Below are positions 57,201 through 64,000 of a DNA stretch of 64,000 nucleotides, piece after piece. The stretch comes from Yuukianura sp. NJ FZ-2021 (Eukaryota), in assembly GCA_046563655.1 (NCBI GenBank), contig CM102290.1, forward strand, positions 682,001 through 746,000. Reading direction: 5' to 3'. Position 1 is the stretch's first letter. Each line of letters begins with the position of its first letter. The position numbers were made by a program, and so were the translations under genes. The notes under the pieces were generated by a model. The model did no database searches. It was given only the letters and a program-made list of their open reading frames with translations, and was not told the origin of the DNA.

Positions 57201-58074
57201 TGGCTCTCTGGAGTCCTTATTGTCAATTGTAAAGGACCTTCTAAATTCGGATTATTCGGAAGCGTCTTAAGCTTTTCAACTTTACCGCTAGCCTGGACTG
57301 TCTTGTCAGTTTCAATTTCTTCAGCACTCACAGTTGCCGAAGTATCATCATAGTCATCCTTCTTCTGATCTCGTCCACTACGACTCTCTTGTGCATGAGC
57401 CACTCCCTCGTCACAACTTGACGTAGTAGAACCCGACTCTTCTTCATCTGTTAAAATCGGTGGTCCATCCACACCTTTACTTTTTCGAAATTCTTGAACG
57501 AGAGCATCCAGTCCATGTTTCTTACGAAAATTAAAATAGAAATTCCGGCACTGGAGATCCGATTTAGAATTGATTCTGTCAGAAAGTTGTCTCCAATCTG
57601 TTCCAAATTCAGTAAGGGCTTTTTTCATTGTATCAATTTCTTCATCAGACCATCTAGTAGTATCTGAACTAGGATCATCCGGTGTGTCCAGTGATGCATT
57701 TGGCATTAAGCGCCGATTGATCCGATTGAAACAGGCCGTACAACATTTTGTGACATTGGGTGGGATTTGATACTTGGAGCAAATGGCTTCTTTGGTTTCT
57801 TCTGCTAAATCAGCCCACTTCGGTGGAAAGGGGCGGAGCCTCTTGATCCGAGCTCTTCGTGCTGGACACGTTGGAATAGGACAGTGACTGGGTTTGAATC
57901 GTCTTCGTACTGCTTTGCAACGACACGACGTACAAACTCGGTCTGAACCCTGATGAATGTCTTCCTCTCCAAGTCCATACTGTTGAGCCTGAGAGCGTAG
58001 GATCGGTCGTGACTGCAGGTACGAATCTAAACGTGTTTTACACACGACACAGTTGTGCGGAATCCCCTTATCAC
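51217..58074 (-). CDS. Smr: Nuclear receptor corepressor NCoR/SMRT (SMRTER-like), 3' portion; exons 58074-56063, 55509-55329, 55255-54872, about 54385-54248, 54177-54033, 53570-53221, 52774-52354, 51800-51467, 51399-51217; 5' exons not seen in window
   Basis: SANT domain (RWSDEEI...QCRNFYFNFRKK), two GSITHGTP motifs, RQIIINDYYTSQQM, AASLIDAIITHQI, CoRNR-like DHIDLIISKDY and YVKNRIMEVMR, terminal YEPLTDEEQ (cf. YETLSD), poly-Q tracts. Confidence 0.92.
53637..54029. mobile_element. Long-TIR MITE (family D) with TA duplication, at an NCoR splice donor
   Basis: About 115-bp near-perfect inverted arms CTACTCCTAGCAACCTAACCTTGCGAAAACAGTGGAG...; TA at 53635-53636 and 54030-54031. Confidence 0.9.
54450..54792. 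mobile_element. Diverged relative of family D in another NCoR intron
   Basis: Inverted arms with TTTTCTACT...AACGTT...AAAAATCTCA...CCCCA, similar to the 53637 arms. Confidence 0.65.
55548..56010. mobile_element. hAT-like MITE (family B, long copy) in NCoR intron
   Basis: TAGGGG...GTGTAAATCCGGATTT / AAATCCGAATTTACACCTCTA; many ATCCGGAT subrepeats; flanks GATTCTTT / CATTCTTT (7/8). Confidence 0.85.
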
Positions 58075-58631
58075 CTGCAATTCACAACAAAAACAAAACA
58101 TTAGTAACTTTTATCACAATTATGCCTACTGTGTGTTTCCGCTTTTCTGTCAGAGCTTAAAATCGTTGACACTACGAACCATTACGAACTGACGACTTTG
58201 AAAGTTTAGTATTAGATGACAGAGACGTTGTGCTGGATGACATGTTGAGATGTGATGACACAAAATGTGGAGGAATGGACAGACAGATACCCGTCGTCCG
58301 ATCACACTCAACCTCTACTATAGAAATGGACAGGTGACCAACTCATCACAGCCATAACTCCAAACACCATAAATTAATTCTCTAAAAACTCATTTAAGTT
58401 CCACTAAACAAACCAACACGGAAGGAAAAAAAAACAGTTCTAGATACTAAACACGGACGAGAAATCATGCAATACAAGAAATTAGTTAAAACCATTTCAC
58501 TAGACAACAGTAGATACAATATTGATATCCAAACTATTGAACAACTTAGATGATTAATGATTAATTCCTATCCCTTTGTAAAGTTTAGCTCAACTGTCAT
58601 TCTCACACAAGATCTATAGGTTCCCTCGTTC

Positions 58632-58776
58632 CATGCCATTTCGCCGAATGAATTCCTCCGAACCGTATTACTTCGAATGAGTTACTGCGAAACGATTTAC
58701 TCGCAAACTAATCGGTTCGCCGTAACTCATTCGGAGTAATGCGCTTCGGAGAAATTCATTCGACAAAACGGGCGTG
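58632..58776. repeat. Fold-back element with about 15-bp subrepeats (MITE-like)
   Basis: About 60-bp inverted arms TTTCGCCGAATGAATTCCTCCGAA... / ...TTCGGAGAAATTCATTCGACAAAA around a short loop. Confidence 0.75.
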
Positions 58777-60740
58777 CTACCGTTTCGAACTTATTCTCAC
58801 CCTATAACAAACAGACGCTTACTAACCTACTGTGTCCTTGAAGTCTAACACTAAACTTGATCGTTAAACCTTAAAATTACCGTTGTAAAACAAACTACAA
58901 TCTACAATTGACATTTTACTATCAATTTGTCAGCAACTTGTCGTTCGTTGACGCTCTACAGTTACTGACTCACTCTCTAGCATTGCTAACAAGCACGTAT
59001 GCCCCATAAAATCCTTTGATTTTCCTGTATTGACCGAAGATAAAGTTCAGCAGTTTGGCTTCTAAATTTCACAGAATCAAAAAAAAAAGTTCTGACGCAC
59101 ACTCAAAATCTGAAAATTCAAACGAACTTTCACCTCTTCAAGGCCTTTCTTTGTGAATCATGCTGCGTAACACAAAAGACAAAAGTCTGGAACGGATCCA
59201 AGTCACGTTCAACATTTCGCAGCAGTAACAAAAAAAAATCCGCTTGAAAAATTGTTTCCAAACAATTTTTTTAAAAAGTTATGCCCCAACCTTATGTTTT
59301 TACGAAAAGAGACTTCAAAATAGAAGAGTCAATTAATAAGTTGTAATTTGGAGTTGAATCAAATGATGAAAAGTGTTCTGTGCCAGTGGAGGGCCCTTGA
59401 GTCCCTCACTGTTAGAGTCCCATGGACATTACCATAATGATATTTCTAAGTAAATATTGACATATCCTTTTCCCCCACAAGAAAAACCCGAGAATCAGAA
59501 CACTAACCAAAGGAACCCACTTAGCTTAATTACAATCTCCTTCTAAAACAAACATTTAACCAAATCAATAAGCTACAAATTCAGCTTTACGTATTTAGAA
59601 ATCATACAACAAGCAAATAATTGCCACAAACAAAAGTTAAATTCAAATTTAACATGCTTAATGTTCAACTTTAAACTTAACGTTTAACTTCTCTTCCGAA
59701 GCGACCTAATGTCAAAACAGCCAAATCTACGACAAATCCTTTTCATAAAGTCTAAATTTCCTAATCCAAAACACCCCACAAATATCAATTTTTAATTTGC
59801 AAATGTGTACTTATAAATTCCAAATTGAAATTTGTGTCTTCCGTCCTGCTCTTAAGTTGAAAATGAAATTTTTCAAATTTCTTTGCATGCACTAAAGACA
59901 GAAGACAAGGTAAAATTAAAAATTGAGAGAGAGTACAGGAGAAAGCGGGGACTTTTGAATGAGAAAGTGAAGGAAAGTCAACAAAGAGTCTTCGTCTGAG
60001 GCTCGCATGCGGTTGAAGGGAACTGTGCTGGAATCCTCAAGGGACCCATGTCAATCTCCTATATGAAGAGTTATCTCTCACTTATTAAAACCCATTCAAC
60101 TGCAATATCATCAACAACCAACCAGAGTACACCGCACTCCGCTCTTCCCAAACTACTCGAATACTATACAAAATATTCGATTTTTACCGCTTTTCATCTC
60201 CCCCGACCTGTTTTATTCAATCACGCTCCGTATCACACAACTTTAGTCACAACTTTAAGCAATTTTGAATTTCAATATAAAGTGAACACTTCAAATCGAC
60301 GATTTTTATGAGAATTGCAATCCAATTACCAATCCAAAGAAAAGAAAAGAAAGTTAAGAATTGCTCAAAACACCAAAAATTAACAATTTCTTAAAACTAA
60401 ATTTTGAAACTAACCGTACTCGGCATTCCCCCGAACACCGAATTCGGTTTAGTGAATAAAATTCTTGACAAATTTCAAGCCCATCCATGTTTCTGGAACT
60501 AACAAGAAGAGACATCAGCCAAGCTGGAACGAAACCACGGAACTCCCGGTCCCGACACCGCTCACAGTACAAAACCTCGGTTTTCGTCAAGTTCCCGCAC
60601 TCCAGAACACTTTAATATAAAATCAAAGGCTCCCTCCGTTCCAGCTCCCTATTTCAACCAGAGCCCGCTTCCAGGAACAAACTCCGGCCCAGGGCCCATG
60701 GACCCTTAACTCTTAGCCTAACGTACCCTTGACCTTGGTC

Positions 60741-62298
60741 ATGAAGTCAGGTCATTCACTCCAGGCCATTGACCTCTCACTCAAGCACCACCACTACGTT
60801 CCTCCACCAAGTACTCCTCCACATTCAAGTACCCCTCCCCCTACAGTGCTTTTACTCAAACCGGAACCCAGACCAGCATGGTCCATCCTGTGGTACAGAA
60901 GTATTTGGCCAAAAATACCTCTACCTAGCCCCAACTGCAGTTTGTCACCTCAGTTGACCTTTGACGTAAGTTGTCCTCCAAGGTCAAACTTCAACGTTCA
61001 TACTGGCAGCATTCTAGTACAACATGAAGACTCAGATCAAGAGCAGCTCCAGCGTCAGCCTTCCACGGTTGACACAGAACCCATTGGAGTTGACCTTAGC
61101 GTCAGGTAACGTAAAAACTACACTAAAATCAAGGTTCCTTGACACCCGAATTGTAATTCCTACAACAGGTTGTCCGATAACTCTGGGTTCCCAAAAAATT
61201 TATTTCAAACAAATTTCTGCACCAATCCCAGTTATATTACATGCGAAAGGCAGATTTCTTTTTTCAAACAAACTTTGAAACTTCCAGTTATTGGACAACT
61301 GGTGTAGAAAAAGTTTTTTTTTTGTTTACGAACCTTGAGTAAAATCGTCCTAACAAAAATTATTTAAAAATAAATCAACTTTATAAAAAAAAGTGTAAAA
61401 AGTGGGTTCATTCACTTCCCACTTTTTTCGAAATCTCATTTCAATCTTTTAACCTTCTTGACATGAATAATTCACAAGTAAATAAATATCCGCTTCTCAA
61501 GTGTCGAAGTTTAGCATTTTAAAAATAACGACGTCTGACATCATACCGCCAAATTCCAAACTTTATTTAGTAGCTATTGTTACTGGTGAAATTGCGAAAT
61601 TTGATCCACCCAGATTATGTTCTGTGTATCACAAAACCTACAAACATTTACCAACTCCATTCGTTTTCCTTTTGTCAACAATTCTCAAGTTAATGATGTC
61701 AACACCTTACATATTTCCTTATGTTATACTATTTCAAATTGTCCAAAGTAATCAAATTTCATTCATTTCCAGGAAAGACGAAACGGAGGAACTTGACCCA
61801 ACCGACGTCAAATCCACAAAACCCGCAGCAACCATTGTAGATGTCGCCACTTGCGACGGCCCAGTCCATTTTCAGCGCATTTCCAACCCCAACTTTGCTC
61901 TCACCGTGGAACACCGTGAACGAACCGTGAAACACCGTGAACGCACTGTGGAGCACCGCGATCAAACTACTTCCGGTGACCCACCACTCGTGTCACCTCC
62001 ATCAAAAACCTACCTATGTATCTACTGTAACCAAAGTTTCAAAAGTCTTTTCTGTTACCAAAAACATAAAAAAAGACATTTGAATCCCGTGTCAGTCGAC
62101 ATTCCGCCAAATCCGAATCCCGACCTTACTCACTCTCTGTCCCAAAATACTTTACGAACAACGGATCTCAACGTCCAGTTCTTCCCATGCAAAAAATGTG
62201 GATCCAAATTCCCTAGTTACTACTTTGTACATAAACACAAGAGGATTTGCGACATGACGGGAGCAAGAGAGGAGGGGCAACCAGTGGAGCAAGTCTAA
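60741..62298 (+). CDS. Two-finger zinc-finger protein, about 296 aa, nested antisense in an NCoR intron; exons 60741-61105, 61773-62298 (start uncertain)
   Basis: CIYCNQSFKSLFCYQKHKKRH (C2H2) and CKKCGSKFPSYYFVHKHKRIC (C2HC-like); AG|GTAACG donor and TTTCCAG acceptor join in frame (891 nt); AIDLS and GVDLS motifs. Confidence 0.8.
61130..61337. mobile_element. CAAGG-MITE (family C) in the zinc-finger gene intron
   Basis: CAAGGTTCCTTGACA...ACGAACCTTG; flanks ACTAAAAT / AGTAAAAT (7/8). Confidence 0.85.
61903..61965 (+). repeat. Coding 21-bp tandem repeat x3 (TVEHRER TVKHRER TVEHRDQ)
   Basis: ACCGTGGAACACCGTGAACGA / ACCGTGAAACACCGTGAACGC / ACTGTGGAGCACCGCGATCAA. Confidence 0.85.
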
Positions 62299-62849
62299 TC
62301 ATGAGAACTTCATCAATTTATACAAAGTTCATCTTTTTCTTGCCAGCATAAAAAAAATTGCAAGTTTTTCTTCGTAATTAAACCTAGAACTAAACAACCT
62401 TCAAACGTTTTTAAAGTTAAAAAAAATCAGGACAAAGTTCTTTTGCATTGTTCCGTTTCCATTGTCTTTTTTCCTTTCTAAATAACTAATTGTTTGTCTC
62501 AATAAAAAGCTATTACTTTCCAACACTAAAAAAATGACACAATTGATCCAAGTTGGACTTCAACAGAAATTAAGTTTCTATTAATTACTTTTAGGTTGCA
62601 AAAACTAAAAGTTTATAGCATGGAAGCGTCAAATTGTAATTTCAAATTTTTAGTACTTGGATACTCCATGTCTTACATCGCCTGTTGACGCACAATATTC
62701 GGAGTAGTAAAAATGTAATAAACCGAACACAATTGATTTTAAATTTCACATTCTAAACAATCCATTCATATACAATTACCAAAAATAAGTACTAACAAAA
62801 AAAGAAAGAAACGAAAAGTACTAACTTCGGGGGGTTCCAGGCCAATGGA

Positions 62850-63009
62850 GCGAAAACAATAAGCGCGAATTCCACAACCTGGCAACACTGAATCTACATT
62901 ACCAATGAAACCTGACACCCCATTTAAAAAAAATTAACCCACACCCCAACAATGTTCAGTTCCCCTGACTATTGCCAACTTGCTAAAAATTCGCTCTTAT
63001 TGTTTTCGC
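62850..63009. repeat. Inverted repeat pair resembling hAT-MITE end fragments
   Basis: GCGAAAACAATAAGCGCGAATT...TGGCAACACTG versus TTGCCAAC...AATTCGCTCTTATTGTTTTCGC. Confidence 0.55.
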
Positions 63010-63144
63010 GCTAATGACTTCATACGATTTCGTGCCATGATGTCCAAACTATAATAACTAATTTGTACTAAAATTGTACGCCCACACATAAAACACAGAT
63101 ATAGCACTAATGGAAAACCATTTTAGGATAAATTGTGTAGTAAA

Positions 63145-63299
63145 TTTTTACCTGTAAAGTGAGCGAGACCTGGTAAATTTACCAGTAAATTAAATCAGGA
63201 ACAATAAATTGTTGTTACTGGTAAATTTACTGGTAATTGTACTGTACCTGGTAAATTTACTGGTAAATTTATCAGGTTTCGCTCATTTACAAGTAAAAA
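63145..63299. repeat. Fold-back element with CTGGTAAATTTA subrepeats (MITE-like)
   Basis: TTTTTACCTGTAAAGTGAGCGAGACCTGGTAAATTTACCAG / CTGGTAAATTTATCAGGTTTCGCTCATTTACAAGTAAAAA. Confidence 0.7.
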
Positions 63300-64000
63300 C
63301 GTAGTCAGTCCCAGAAAATTGGAATGCATAATGCAAAAAAAAAGTGTTCGTAACACGTTATGCCTATGACGAAGCGTTCCAAATGCAAACTTTTACATAG
63401 TAGTCAAGGAAGGACGTGTTCGTAAGCCATCTTGGCCTCGTTTCCTTCACTTTGAACTTAAACAGGAAAACCTCAACCATGCCCCTCACCTCCCCCTTGT
63501 GCCATTCTGCTTCACATTAAATGAGACGTGTTAATGGATCAAATCCTCGAGGTCAATTATCTTCATCATAACAATAAAAAAACAAAGTTACTATTTTCAT
63601 AACTCAAGTTCAAGTACTTTTTTGTGCGTTATGTCATCAACATGAATGATTAAACCAAAAAAAGTGGAAGAAACCAATTCATTCAAAAAGACTATAAACT
63701 GCAGCCTAATCTTATACTTTTTCATAAACAATCTGCCTATCTGCCGATCGTCACTCGGACTTCGGAATTTAGCATTATCGGAAAGTTAGGACTAGAACTA
63801 ATCAAAATAGACTCATTCAAGGGCTTTACACAGTCAGTCTCACCAATGCGTAGTTCCAAATAATAACACAACACTTTCAATTAAGATTAATCATCAACTT
63901 TCACCACACATTCTCAATTTTATGGTTAGAGATAAAAGACTATAACTAAATCAGGAATTTACGACAATGGTAACCCAAACAGACTATCGCTATAATAGCG

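Noticed and set aside
59462..60726. Apparent U12 AT-AC intron (ATATCCTTT ... CCCTTAAC ... AC)
   Set aside because: No open upstream exon (stops in all frames shortly before); a rough composition estimate gives about one such 9-mer by chance in this window.

Overview
Eukaryotic DNA: an AT-rich, gene-dense animal region with mostly 60-110 bp spliceosomal introns. Protein motifs point to an arthropod; a springtail-like compact genome is a guess only. I reconstructed 15 protein-coding genes by hand from splice sites and reading frames: PP1 catalytic subunit (+), Rad9 (-), Emg1/Nep1 (+), a coiled-coil MYND-finger protein (-), Naa25 (+), an acidic secreted protein (+), Poldip2 (-), coronin (+), RpL6 (-), Rab35 (+), a KAR/Hsd17b12-type reductase (-), an Shb/She-type SH2 adaptor (+), a second secreted orphan protein (-), the 3' part of NCoR/SMRTER (-; 5' exons not found in the window) and a zinc-finger gene nested antisense in an NCoR intron (+). 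About 22 short inverted-repeat elements (MITE-like, several families) are scattered through it. The strongest unusual signal is a CAAGG...CCTTG MITE family (8 copies, 8-bp target duplications) whose ends carry latent splice sites. One copy sits in the SH2 gene coding sequence and forms the whole 324-bp intron, leaving a 21-nt in-frame scar (QGIL plus a duplicated ATT), an introner-like intron gain. Also notable: a MITE inserted into the TA of an NCoR splice donor, 14 perfect AGGTCA half-sites in about 1 kb of the SH2 gene (all in exons), three RFX X-boxes upstream of Rab35, two GC-AG introns and a possible THAP-like module in NCoR. Family assignments come from remembered motifs; no database search was run.
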